DNA of 64,000 nucleotides from Callorhinchus milii (Eukaryota). Of the stretch, positions 36,301 to 49,822 are shown piece by piece (the stretch's first letter is position 1; every line of letters begins with the position of its first letter). A program made the translations under genes and the position numbers. The stretch lies in the NCBI RefSeq assembly GCF_018977255.1, contig NW_024704742.1, positions 125,118,001 through 125,182,000 on the forward strand. Direction: 5' to 3'. Under the pieces are notes generated by a model. It was not told the origin of the DNA. It was given only the letters and a program-made list of their open reading frames with translations, and did no database searches.

Positions 36301-39059
36301 ACTGACCATCCTCTGGCTTTTTCCTTCAGTGAAATCAGTGAAAAGTTCAGGACTCCATTCTCCCCTTGTTTACAGTGTGCTCCTATCCTTAAACATTGAA
36401 ATTGGGGTTAATGAGCATAGAATTGCATTGAAGGCACTTCTGCCTTGTGCATTTCCTTAATAATCCAGACACGGAAACAAAAGCTCCCGAATGTTTTGAA
36501 AGCCTTCAAACGTATTGGGTGGAATTTGCCAATCTTTAAAGTATAGAGTTACAATAATGGGTTTCTCCTGAACTGGAAGCAATGCAATGGCAGTGTGAGA
36601 GACAAAATCGAGGTATAATTGTTTCAACTTGTAGTGGAAATTTTTTTAAACAGTTGCACAATGTTTGGCAAAGGTAACTTTTTTAACACTGGCTGTAAAC
36701 TGTGTGCTGGTGGAATGGAAGATAGAATTGAGACAAGTCACAAAGAAGCAGATGTAGTTAGAGAACAGGAATTGTTGATAGGAGGGATGAGCGCTTAGTG
36801 TTATTTGAAAGCTGCCCAGTGCTCAACATAACTGGAGAAGGAACTGTAAATTAGTCCTAGATGATTGATCAACGGAATTTTCCAGCCTTAGCTGCATACT
36901 CGTAATAGCAATTGTGTTATTTCAGTGGTGAAGTATGCTGCATTGGAAAACTTTTGCAGAGAAAGGTTATAACTATGATCAAGTTGAGTTCAATAAATAC
37001 AATACAGTTTACAATACAATTTACATTCACATAGGGCCTTTCACATTCTTGGTAGTAAATTGGCACTCTAAATTTCTATCACAAGATCACAAGATTGGTC
37101 GGGTAAAGAAGGCCCTTCATCATCTCATCCCTCCAGAACACCCATCCTCCTGTCCCTTCATCACCACACCAAATTATTCTAGCGTCCTGGCTTCTATCAC
37201 CTTTCTTGACAACCTGTGCCAGTCATTGCATAAAGAAAAACTTCCAGGTATCTTGCCTTGAAGTTGTCTTTTACAGCTCTAAATCTATGTTGGGATGTCC
37301 TCCTGACATGAAAGGTGCTATACAAATCTAATTTGTTGTTGGTGTCCTCTATCTATAGAAGTGCACCGGGATGCTACTCTGCATAAATGGCACTATATAA
37401 ATGCAAGTTGTTGTTGTTGTTATCTTGATCTTAAAGTATTGATCTCGGTTTACTTTTTCAATCTCATTGAAAATTTTGTAAACCTCTATTATGTCCGTTC
37501 TGACAAAACGAACCTTACAATATATCTCCTGTGAAGCAAGCACTTTGGCACATTCTCCTAATGTGAAAAGCACTATAAATGATCAAGAATTATTATTATT
37601 ACATAACTGGATGCAGCCTCACAGTGAGGTAACCATTGATGGTGTGGTTAGAAAGTAACAAATAATCCATTGAATTTTGGATTTTGGAAGTTTATAGAAA
37701 GTAAACTGAACAAATAAATTGCTACTAAATTTAGTGATTTATAATGCGATCAGTCATACACCAATCACATTGTAAAGCTGTAATGAACAGATACCAGTTT
37801 AGTAGTCGGTGTGTGATAAATCCTAATATATTGGGAATATTCAAATCATTAGTCTATTTAGTCTATTTAGTCTTTAGTCTATTTAAATAAAATCAGTCAA
37901 ATTAATTGGCCAATGAATCTCATACATTTTGTGGTGTTTATGTTCCATGACTTCATAAATAGTGAAACATTTTTGAATGAAACAAATTTTCCATCGAGTG
38001 TAGCCTCGATAATCCAGGCAGTTATACTGTATAGAGTCAGTTATCCTAACAAGGTTTCAGATCCCAAGGATATCATGCAATGTAAGTGCAGAACTAACAC
38101 CAAACATTGTCACTGAATAGTGGCCCCAAAATATGTGGTGAGGCAACAGTTCAATTATATCTAAGTGAGTTTTAACTCAGTACAGCAGAATAGCATGGAA
38201 GCAGAACATTTTCACATCACTTTAAAGCAAATGACGAGTGATTATAGTGCAGCATTGAAAATCTAGCTCTTACTGAGCGATCAGAGATGGAGCAAGTGAC
38301 CTTGTATAAAGGTAACTTTGAACTGCATGGGGAGAAATTCCACCTGGGTCCAGATTTACACTGAAAATTGGAGCATTCAGAATTTGATAAATTGTTGAAT
38401 TCAGCATTAACTTTGAAGTTTTTTTTGTAGTTCTTCAAAGAAAGTTATAGAGAACTGAAGGCTGTATTTAAGTGTTTGGCAAATTCTGAATGTTCTGAAA
38501 TGTTAAAATAGAGAGTAAATCTAGACCAAGGTGAGATTTCTAATACTGCAAATTTGAAATGATTTATTATAGCTTTGACAAAAATAAGCGTCAAGTATCA
38601 AGTAGTCAACAAATCCTCTAAGATAAGGCTTCATACTGGCTTTACCTGGAAGTTTCTTTTTGAAAAATTAAGTTCTATTTTTTTTTAAAAAAAGGGCTTG
38701 AATTCAATTATTTCTAAAAGAAATCTTTAGTCAAAAAGGAAACCTCAACAGCATGAGATATTTGCATTTTACCTTAAAGCCTCCAATGAACAATTATGGT
38801 TGTTAATAAAGATTAGTAAAGAATAAAGTTAGTAAAGAGATATCAGTGCGGAAGATCTGAATCTAAAAAATGTGCTGCGACTAAAAGGAATTAAGCAGGC
38901 AACTTTACATTCTTAAGATATATTTGCTATTCTCTTTCACATTATACCTTCTCATTCACATTAAAATAACATTTCTATCGGATGAAACAAAATAACACGA
39001 AATTCCCAAAAAGTAAAATGAAAAATGATAGAAGCATAAACCGAATTTCACAGCGCTAT

Positions 39060-39220
39060 ATTGCCAATGTCCCAAACACAGCCTTAGGGGATGGGCTAAT
39101 TTTATTTGGGGGATTGTTGGCCAGGACACCAGGAGAAACTCCTTTCTCTTTTCAAATAGCGCCATAGGATCTTTAACATCCACCTGAATAAGCAGACGGG
39201 AACTCGGTTTAACATTTCAT
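39060..39220 (-). mobile_element. Deu-domain SINE fragment
   Basis: ggccaggacaccaggagaaactcc..gccataggatctttaacatccacctgaa..agacgggaactcggtttaac. Confidence 0.8.
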
Positions 39221-40089
39221 ATAAAAAGGAAGCTTAACTGGGGTCCCGTCTGTTTGTCTGGGTTGATGTTAATATTTAATTCAACTTTACAATGTGTCAA
39301 CAGCATAACAAATTATAATTATCACATTCTTGCAGTCTTACCTATGGGGAGATGGGTGCTTGTTATTACAACTGTATTTTGATGTTATCATTCATTGTTT
39401 GTTTGGTGTAATGCTGAATTAATATTTAAGTATGAGACAGAGGATTTACATAAATTTTTAAGTGGTGTACTGTATATTTGGTTTGTTTTGGAGACAGCTG
39501 TTAAGCTCCTTTTGTTCATATATAGATTGAGGGGATGTTAAAAGGCAAGAATAACTTAAAGCAATAACGTACCGACATTGTATAACTGACCATCCTATGT
39601 TCTCCTAAGGGCAAACCATTATAAGCACCCCAGTTGATCCCAGATTTGCTTAAAAGTACTTCCATATCCGAGCTATACTGGAAGTGAGGTCCAGGAGCTA
39701 ACTGGCAAACATCCTGTGCTAAAAGATATTACTTCACAGGATCACAAAATTCTTTTGGATGAAGAATGGCCTTCATCCCATCCAATCTCATCCTTCCAGA
39801 ACACTCACTCTACCACGATCGCACAGTCTGGGAACCCGAAGCTTATGATTGTAATCTCAGGCTTACTCCAAATGGAACATGCAGGCCACAGGAACAGAAA
39901 AGGTTAAATGGGATGGTGGTGGTGGGGGGAAGAAAGAGGTACTCAATATAATCTACAAAGTTCTAAAAGGTTTTGAGAGGATCAATATGAAAGACTATTC
40001 CACGTCTAATCGGTAAAGACAGGAAATAAACTCAGCGGCATATCTGTGAGAGTTAAGGAGGGGGTTGCCTTTCATCTCAAGGGGGAAGG

Positions 40090-40460
40090 CTCTAAGCTCT
40101 TCACAGGATTTAAATAAAGTGTAGTGACTGTATGTTTTGTAGGTGAACACAGCATCAATTTGCACACAGCTGTGTCCACAAAAACTATGAACTGAGTGAC
40201 CAAATTTATCTGGGGGATTGTTGGCCAGAACCCCAGGAGAAACTTCCTTTTGTTTTGAATATTCCCCATGGGATCTTTAACATCCACATGCACAGGGAGA
40301 CAGGTTCTCTGTTTCACATCTCATCTGAAGCACAGCACCTCCAATAATGCAGCACACAGCCAGAATTACATTGGAGCATCAGCCTAGAATATGTGGGTTC
40401 ACAGTCTCCACATGGGGTTTGAATCCACAACTTTCTGACTCAGAGGCGAGAGTGCTTCAA
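40090..40460 (-). mobile_element. Deu-domain tRNA SINE, near full length
   Basis: Deu block 40260-40385; head ttctgactcagaggcgagagtgct. Confidence 0.85.
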
Positions 40461-42012
40461 CCGGAGGCATGCATTAGGTGTATAGAATTCTGAATATATT
40501 TTTAGATGAACAAGAAAGGCAGTTTTAATACTTGCTTGCCATATCTTCAAGATTCATTTACTGTAAAATTCTAGACACATTGTTGAAAAATGTACTTTCC
40601 TCATCTTATTCAGTAAAAGAGGAACACTTCAAGCGAAATTACTTTAAGCGAATTTCCGCATCACGGCTTCAAGACAAACAAGCCCGGGTGAATACGACAG
40701 AACAAAACAACGCTGCTTTTTTTGACTTCCAGATCCCAATTTGTCAGACCGAGCTAAACCGTGGGTCTGTCACATCAAAAACACAATTGTCAAGAGCTAC
40801 TCTTGGAAGAAAATAATCGAAATTGTACTGGCTGGAATTGTGCGGATGGAAAGGCATAAGATCTTTTATGGTACCATTAAGAGGGAAAACGTGAAGTAGA
40901 AGCCCAGACGGATTTTAAACCAGGTTTGAACCTTTTCATTCCCCAATGATGTTGAATGGTTCTCCACTGGTTGCCATGTCAACAAGTACCAGAGGATCAC
41001 TCTGCAGTGTGTTCATGCCCAGCAAGCCTCAGCAGAGTCTTCTACAATTTGCTGTGCAAAAAAGACTTGAGGCTGTCATGCCTGTTCCAAGATAGCAATT
41101 GTGGAGCAATATCTATATGTCTTTCTCTTCTAAAACAAGCACATTAAATGTATTGCTACAAAACTGTGACATACTCAGGTGGGATGTGGGGTGGAAGGGG
41201 TAGGGGGAGGAAACACATTGGAGCCCCTTTACTTCCTATTGCAAGATTTTTAAAATATTTATATCTTATTTCTGAATCTGAAAGGGCTATTATAGTTTCC
41301 AGCTGACATTTGCTGGCAGTGCAAAGGTAGAAGCATCTGGCTGGCAGCAGAGAGAAATAGAACGAGCCGATAAATTATTGATTTACATAAATCAACACCC
41401 ACTAAAGATTGGCTGTTGGAAGAAAGCTTTTGTGTTGCCCTGAGTTTGTGAGTGTTATGATGCTAAATACTGAATCAGTGATAGCATAATATAACTGATA
41501 TTCTGTTTTCCTAAGAAAAGGTGCATCTGGGTTAACTTCCTACCCTATCTATTGCAATTTATGTGATTGTTTATTTCTTGACAGCACTAAAACAAGCACA
41601 GCACTGTAATCCTTTATTAAAGTTTAATCCTTCAAACCAGTATTTTGCTGCTCAACTCTATCTATGTACTATTATAACACAACACTTAAGATGCAAGTTT
41701 AGCATTTAAATTGTGTTGCATATGATATGTTGCATATGATATGTGATATCACGTGAAGCTACTTTCACTTCTGCTCTGTGTCTAGCACACTGGACCATGT
41801 TGAGTGAAACACTACACCTTATTATTCAGTCATAAGTTCAACTAAATTAGTGTAGTCTGGCCATGATGAGTTATCTGATACAATTTTTTTCCACATCACC
41901 TCACTTATTCCCCCCCCACCCCCCATTAATTTCTGAATATAATGTATTTTCTTCTGTTTCCTATCCTTTCTTTTTAGGTCAATCTTTAGCTGCATATTTC
42001 TTTTTCTAAATG

Positions 42013-42450
42013 ATGATAATAATCCTTGCATTTCATATATTATCTTTCAAATGGGCACAATGTCTCAAAACACTTCACAGGGAGATACTGTAAAGAGTAG
42101 TAATTGTGTATATCGCAGTTGAATAAGACAGACATTTTGTGCACAGCAATGTCCTATAAACAGCCGATGAGGTGAATGACGAATTTTATTTCAGGGATTG
42201 TTGGCCAAGACACTGGAGAAAATCCCTTCTCTTTCTGAATAGTGCCAATAATCTTTAACATCCAACCTGAACAGACAGACAGGACCTTGGTTCAATATCT
42301 CATCCAACGGATGGCATGTCCAACAATACAGTACACCCCCAGTATTGCATTGGAGTGTCAGCCCAGACAATGTGGTTTTAAAGTCTTGTTTAAAGTGGAT
42401 CTTGTACCTATAATTTTCAGATTCAGAAGTGAGTTTGTTAAACCATGTAG
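42013..42450 (-). mobile_element. Deu-domain tRNA SINE, near full length
   Basis: (AAT) tail, Deu block 42240-42365, degenerate head to ~42450. Confidence 0.8.
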
Positions 42451-43354
42451 TAACCTTCACCATTGCTCTATATCTGATAATAAGTCCAGTACTGTTGGGC
42501 AACACTGGTGGTGCCTGTTTTTTGTTGTTTCTGTACCAAATTCTATTCCATTTCCCAAAGCTTGTAATTTCTCATTGTCTTAGCCATAAACATCTAAATT
42601 CCAGATCAAGGAGATTTTTTGCAAAAAAAGGTTCTTAAAAAAGAATTGGAGCAAAACAGCTTTAAAAATTAGACTGAATTTCAGAAATTTCCAAACCTCT
42701 GTACAATGTTACATTTTAAGACAGTGGTCCAAATTGAAAAAATTCTGGGCTAAAAACTAAGGAAAATCGTTGTAAAAGACAGAAAGAGACATTTCAATGA
42801 GTTTGATCTTAAAGCAACCTATCTTTCACTGGACAGGTCCATATACTATATACTGTATCCATTAATATCTAAAGCTTGTCAATTAGAGCTCCAAAATATA
42901 TATATATTTTAAAAGTTGTCTCAGAGGAGCAATAAGAATGTGTCAAATATGTCAATTGAATTCTTCACAGTACTCTTCATTGGCTGAAGACTTCAGTCAT
43001 ATTCTAAAGCCATTTGACTTTGGCATAAGTATACATGCAAGAGGTCACTAAGGGTAATAAGATCTCAGAGAATCAAAAGTCAAAAAATAAGCTGATATAG
43101 TGGGGAATGTTCAGAGAAGGACAAGGAGAATTCTTTGATTCATACCTCTAACAAAGCTCACTATGATTCACCTTCCAAATAAAAGCCTTGCATTGTTTTT
43201 TATATGCATTAATGGATTGTGTATGTTTTCATAAAAAAAGCCATTTACCATTACCACTATTGTGTGGAGGAAATCAGCTCTTTGCAAGATAGTGCTTGTG
43301 TGATTAATATCAAATACACAGACTTGCTGCATCAGGATATTTGCTCCAATGACG

Positions 43355-44515
43355 TCACTGTCCTTGATTGGTTCAGATCGATCTTGTTGACAATCTCTCC
43401 CACTGCCTGCACTTCATCTCCTCAAATGGCTTCTCCTCTCGCCCAAGACCATCTCGTGAGGCGTTCCTCAGGGCTCTGTCCTTGGTCTCCTCCTCTTCAA
43501 TATCTATTTGCTCCCTTTTAGTGACATCATCTGCAGACATGGGGTCAACTTCCACTTGTATGCGGATGACACCCAACTCTACCTCTCTGCCTCCACCCTT
43601 GACTCCAGGACCACTGTTGTGCTGAAAGAATGTCTGTCAGACATCAAGTCCTGGATCAGAGCTAGTTTTCTTCAGTTGAACATCAACAAGATCGTGGCTC
43701 TCCTGATTGGCTCCCATCAGCGCCTCTTCACCTCAGGCTTTGACATCATCACCATCCATGGTTGCACACCCCACCTTGCTAAGCCAGTCCGGAACCTTGG
43801 GGTTTTGTTTGATCCTCAACTATCCTTTCTACTCCACATCTGTGCCATGACCTGCTCTGCCTTCCCCCACCTCCGCAACGTCTCCCGACTCCGACACTGT
43901 CTCACACCGCAGGCCACCGAAACCCTCATACACGCCTTTATTACATCGAGGCTCGACTATGCAAACTCACTGCTTGTTGACCTCCCCAACTCCTTCCTCC
44001 ACAGGCTGCAGATCATCCAGAACTCTGCAGCCCATGTCCGCTCCTGCAATTGGCTCCGCGACCCTATCACCCCATCCTCGCCCAACTCCACTAGGTTCCC
44101 ATCACACAGAGGATACAATTCAAGATCTTAGTCTTCCCCTTCAAAACCATCCATGGTCTTGCTCCCCCCTACCTCTGCGACCTCCTAACCCCCTACCACC
44201 CTGTTCGCTCCCTCCACTCAGTGTGCTCCGGCCTGCTTCACAGCCGCTGCCTTGCTCGCCCCACTATCAGTGGGCGGGCCTACCACCACTCTGCACCCAC
44301 CCACTGGAATTCCATCCCGCAGTCCATCCATCTCGCCCCCTCCCTCGCTGCCTTCAAGACCCACCTCAAGACCCTCCTCTTTGATGGTGCTTTCGATCTC
44401 TCTGCTTCCCCCACTGCCCTGCCCCCTCCCCCACCCCAATCCTCAGCTCGGGTCCATAACTCTGTCTGTCCAGAGCCTTGGGACATCCTCCCGACGTGAA
44501 AGGCACTATACAAAT
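43355..44515 (+). mobile_element. L2 3' half (RT C-terminus to stem-loop; (TTG)n tail missing)
   Basis: ORF 43508-44131 [31 protein letters not shown]; stem-loop at 44472-44508. Confidence 0.95.
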
Positions 44516-45605
44516 ATAGATACAGAGTTGGGTGTCATCTGCATACACGTGGAAGTTCACCCCACGTCTGCGGATGATGTCACCATTAGGGAGTGTATAG
44601 ATATTTAAGAGGAGGGGACCAAGGACAGAGCCTTGAGGAACATTGCACAAGACAGTGTAGGGGCTAGAGGAGAAACCATTTGCAGAAATGAAGTGAAGAC
44701 AGTGTGAGAAGTAGGATCTGAAACAGTCAAGGACAGACCATGAAGCTTGAGGTAAGAGGAGAGGTAGTGGTGGAGGATAGAGTGGTCAATGGTATCGAAG
44801 ACAGCATAGAGGTTGAGGAGGACAAGGAGGCAGAGGGAGCCTGAGTCCCTGATGGACAAAATGTCATTTGTCACTTTGAGCAGAGCTGTTTCTGTGCTGT
44901 GGATGACATGGAAACCTGATTGAAGGGATTCGTAAAGGGAATGATGGGAGAGGAAGGAGTGAAGCTGGGAAGCAACAACTCATTCTAGGACCTTGGAAAG
45001 GAAAGGGAAGTTGGAGATGGGGTGGTAATTTGAGAGCAGGGATGGGTCCAGGGCGGGCCTTTTAAGGATACGAGTGATGACGACTGTTAAAGCAATGGGA
45101 ACGGTGCCAGTGGACAGGGAGACGTTTATGATGTTTGTGAATAGGGTGGTGGAGGTGGTGGAGCTGGGAGTTAAGGAGAGAGGTGGGGATTGGGTCAAGG
45201 GAGCAGGTGGTCGGTTTCATGTGGGTTATGGTGGTAGTGAGAGAGGATGGGGGGACAGGTTTGAAGGTGTGGAGGGAGGTATGGGTAGGGGCCGAGGTGG
45301 GAGTGGGAGATGGGAGGGGTTAATAGTCAGAAGGGCAGAAGCAGCTTAGGGATTCCGCTCAACTTTGGTTTCAACCAGCATCTCCTCAATGTTGGCGTTG
45401 GAGAAGAGGATGGGGGAGGCATGAGAAGGTGGGCGGAGGAGTCAGTTGGTGATGGAGAAGAGGAGCATGAGGTTGTCTTTGGCCTCCAAGATTGTCTTGG
45501 AGTAGGAGGATGATTTAGCGGAAGCGAGGGTGGACTGGTAAGTTTTGATAAGGTCCAGCCAGATCTGCTGATAGATAAAGTCGGAACAGTACATTTGATA
45601 AGCTC
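44516..45605 (-). mobile_element. L2 internal part (linker to YADD), 3'-truncated
   Basis: ORFs 44980-45198 (NYHPISNFPFLSKVLE), 44605-44874 (FDTIDH), 44366-44650 ([16 protein letters not shown]). Confidence 0.95.
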
Positions 45606-46624
45606 CTGCAATATCTGGAATTAACCTACAAATACACAGTTACTGCACTTCACAGTGACTCCTGTGAAACAATGATGTGACAAGGTATCAATGTGATATC
45701 AAATCTAATGATTATGAATTATAAATGATTTGGCATTTTGCTGTCCAGGGAGGGTCTTTACACTTATTATGTTAATTATAAAAGTTTCCAGAATTGAAAG
45801 TTTCCTGGGAAACAATTCCTGATGTGGAATTGATTCCCAGGAAATTATTTTATTAACATTGCTTTGACCAACCAACTGTACATGCTTCCCTGTCTTATAA
45901 ATGTAAGCATGCACTTAAAATGTTGGCACAAAGCTATTATGAAGGGAGTCTTGGAGTAGGTGTGAATACTGCACTATGTACCCACTCAAAGAGTTTACAG
46001 ATATAAACCTTCACAGAAATAATACTGTGATATTTGTCGGCTCCTTAGGTTTTCATCAGTTAAGATGTTTTAATAATCAATGGTCAATGAGTACAGAACA
46101 AAACGCTTGTGGCTTACAATGACATATTCCATTTAAGTAGAGATAATCACACCTTTGTTTCCTCGAGTCAGTGTTGGCATAAATTTTTCAGTATTTCTTA
46201 ACAAGATTTCTTATATAAGAAATAAGATGATAAAAGAAATATAGAAGTGCCTGAAGCTGCTTCATGGGAACACACTAATTGTGGGAGTGGGGTTCCTGCA
46301 GTCAGTGTGATTTACATGACTCTTTTGGTTACAAGAAGGAAACTCCACTAGGATTAGCTGAATAAGAAATAGAGCAAGATTGACCTTCTGAGAATGTAGG
46401 ACTTTCATGTGGCCAGGAAATGAAAATATTAGTATTTGTAGCTGTTTAATAAATCGAGCTCTGTTGTCGTTGAACATAATTGAACTGACATTCAAAGATG
46501 TATTATTGATATATTAGAATGACATCAGTTTCACTTACCCACATAAGACAAGACCAATTGAGGTGAACTTTGTTTAATGACTTATTTGATGACTTGGGGA
46601 TTTTAAATGATGACATACTATATT

Positions 46625-47172
46625 TTGTTTGATATATTACCTTGGTGGTGGGAGAACATCTTAAATTGCTTCATAGGATATACTGCAAAATATACTGAGG
46701 GGGTATTTTGTAGGTGAACACAGCATCCAATTAGCTCACTTTAATATTCCACAAACAGCTATAAACTGAATAACCAATGTTACTCAGGGATTGTTGATTG
46801 TTGATCAGGAAAATAATTTATCGTCCACTTGAAAGGACAGATTTGGTTTCATTTCTTATCTGAAGGATGGTACCTCTAACAATTTAGCACATGCCCGGCA
46901 CCACATTAATGTGTCAGCCTAGATCTTGTCCCGCAGTCCCTCCGCTTCGTCTCATCCCTTGCCTCCTTCAAGACCCATCTCAAGACCCTCCTCTTTGACT
47001 GTGCTTTCGATCTCCCTGCTTCTCCCTGCCCTCCACCATCCCCGACTCCAACCCCCAGCTCAGATCCGTAACTCTATCTGTGCTGCGCCTTGGGACGTCC
47101 TCCCGACGTGAAAGGTGCTATACAAATGTAATTTTGTTGTTGTTGTGAGTTCAAAGTCCTGATGTGGAGCTT
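46625..47172 (-). mobile_element. Deu SINE split by an L2 3' end
   Basis: ..gtgtcagcctagatcttgt | L2 | gagttcaaagtcctgatgtg; compare uninterrupted 6342-6378. Confidence 0.75.
46930..47146 (+). mobile_element. Young L2 3' end nested in Deu SINE
   Basis: Intact stem-loop + (ttg)n; TSD ttgt at 46926-46929 and 47143-47146. Confidence 0.9.
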
Positions 47173-47177
47173 TTCGT

Positions 47178-47293
47178 TATAATGATAATAGCAATAATCC
47201 TTGCAATTGATATAGCACCTTTTCGTGCCTTCGAGACGTCCCAAAGCCCATACAGAATATACTCTAAAGTGAATTGACTGTATATTTTGTGGC
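47178..47293 (-). mobile_element. SINE 3' end
   Basis: aataatccttgcaattgatatagc..taaagtgaattgactgtata. Confidence 0.8.
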
Positions 47294-47654
47294 CATTATA
47301 ACTACACATTATCAAAGTCCTGCAAGTAACAGCAAGAGGCATTTCACTCCCCATTTGTTGCTGTACAATTCAACCTTGAACAGCTGGAATGTTTCTCCTG
47401 AATAGGTCCCTTTAATACCAAATTCCACTGAATGCACACTGCCTGCTCTGAAGACCTGAGTGTAGCTAAAGCAGTAAGAAGCTCCATTTCGTTTTTCAGG
47501 CTGCACATTTGTTTTCCCCTCAACAACTCTAAACTCTTTGTAAAGCATACATTCCTTCAAAACCCAAAGGCTGTTCCCATCTCTGGGGGAGGTTCTGTAT
47601 CATCAGTTTTGTTCTCCTAAACAGTTACAAGAAAAACCTTTTCTCCTGGAAAAA

Positions 47655-48220
47655 GCGTGATAGGGTATGAACATTGGGTGACATCTGGCAAATTAAGTTC
47701 AATACTGTTAATAATAATAATAATCCTTGCATTTGATACAGCACCTTATCACATCTTCAAGACATGTTAATGCAAGGTACTTAATTTAGGATGTGTTTCC
47801 TGTTCAGTATATCCATGGAGTACTAGAATAGGAAACACAATACTCTATAGAACTTGACAAGGAGGAAGTTAAAAGACATTTAGGATTGTTAGTTGACTTG
47901 TCACTCACTGCGTCAAACCAGTGTGAGGCAGCAATAAACAAGGCTAACAGGATGCTGGACTACATTTCTAAATCATTTCAGTTTAGATCCCCAGATGTCA
48001 TCTCAATCTGTACAGTGATCTGATCAAACTGCTCCTTGAATACTGCATTGTGTCACCATGACATCGTACCCAGATCCGAGAGACATTGCTGAGTAGAGCA
48101 ATGAGGATGATCTTCAGTGTTAGAGAACTGTGCTATGGGAAATGATTAGACAAGCTGGGGCTCTTCAGTCTTGAGAAAAGACGACAGAGATGGAATCTCA
48201 TAGGGGTGTATAGACATGTT
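47655..48220 (+). mobile_element. Old CR1 fragment with a SINE tail inserted at ~47709-47765
   Basis: aaggctaacaggatgctgg (KANRML), cttgaatactgc (LEYC), ctggggctcttcagtcttgagaaaagacga (LGLFSLEKRR). Confidence 0.8.
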
Positions 48221-48759
48221 GAGTTGAAGAGAGAGCCAGGGGGAGATGGGAAAGCCATGATCAAGTCAAAGTAGGAATGAGAGGAAGGGAGGGAACAGCT
48301 GTGCAGAGTTGCAGTGGACCTTGTGGAACTGCTGCTTGAAGAGAATCCAGTTATCAGTGACTGGATATTGTGCACTGCTCATTCAGATGATGATGAGCTA
48401 CTCCATCGTCCCTGAGTCCCTTCGTGGCTCATGCTGCTGAGTGACAGGAAGCTCGCTCTGTGGGCAGCCTGTAGGCAATCGCGTTGTTTCATTCTCATCG
48501 GAGTCTGATTGGAGTCTGCAAACCGATTTGCAGGTGGAAATTCCTGGATGTTTCGCAATGGATATTTTTGTGAAAAGCTATTTAAATGTAATTTGTAATG
48601 TACATAATGTCTGTAATCCATAGAAATAAAGATCACGGCCGTGCAGCTGGGAATACAAATGCTAACTTTCCCCAAGCATAGACTGTAAATATAAAGGTGT
48701 ACTGGTAATATACTAGGGTGCATTACTGAACTGGCCTATGGGACTGTAACACAATTTTA

Positions 48760-49822
48760 TACTATCTGCGACCAGGGCTCCCTCTGCCTCCTTGTCTTCC
48801 TTGACCTTTCTGCTGCCTTCCATACTGTTGACCACCTCCACCCCCTCTCCTCTCAGCTCAAACCTCATGGTTCTGTCCATGAATGGTTCAGATCCTATTT
48901 CTCACACTGTCTCCACTTTGTCTCCACAACAGCTTCTTCTCTAGCCCCGCACTGTCTCGTGCAGCATTCTTCAGGGCTCTGTGCTTGGTCCCCTCTTCAT
49001 CTATATCTATGTGCTCCCTCTTGGTGACATCAATCGCAGACATGGGGTCAACTTCCACATGGAAGTGGATGACACACATCTCTATCTCCATGCCTCCACT
49101 CTCGACTCCAGGACCACTGCTGTCCTAACAGAATGTCTGTCAGACATCAAGTCCTGGCTGAGAGCTAACTTTCTACAGTCGAACGTCAACAAGACCGAGG
49201 CTCTCCTGATTGGCTCCCGTCAGCGCCTCCTCACCTCAGGCACTGACAGGATCACCATCCATGGTTGCACACTCCACCTTACTTAGCCAGTCTGGAATCT
49301 TGGCGTCTTATTTAACTCTCATCCTATTTTCTCTACCCCACATCCGCAACCCTATCACCCCCATCCTTGCCCAACTCCACTGGCTTCCCATCACACAGAG
49401 AATACAATTCAAGATATTGATCCTCACCTTCAAAGCCCTCCATGGCCTTGTTCCCCCCCTACCTTTGCGACCGCCTAACCCCCTACCAACTTTCGCACTC
49501 CCTCCACTCAGCGGGCTCCGGCCTGCTTCAAATCCCCCACCTCACCCGCCCCAACATTGGCGGATGGGCCTTCAGCTACTTTGCCTCCACCCTCTGGAAC
49601 TCCATCCCGCAGTCCCTCCACCTCGCCCCCTCCCTTGTCTCTTTCAAGACCCGTCTCAAGACCCTCCTCTTCGACCGTGCCTTCGGTCACCCTCCTTCCC
49701 CCCCTTTGCCTTCCACCCTCCCCAACCCAGACCCCCAGCTTGGGTCTGATACTTTATTTTTCCAGCGCCTTGGGATATCCTCCCAACATGAAATGCGCTA
49801 AACAAATGTAATTTTGTTGTTT
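48760..49822 (+). mobile_element. L2 3' half with internal deletion
   Basis: LDLSAAF, ORF 48981-49286 ([12 protein letters not shown]), LHWLP..FKIL, stem-loop + ttgttg. Confidence 0.95.

Noticed and set aside
43355..45605. Twin-priming inversion of a single L2
   Set aside because: The inverted part lies 3' of the tail and the overlapping segments are clearly diverged, which fits two copies better.
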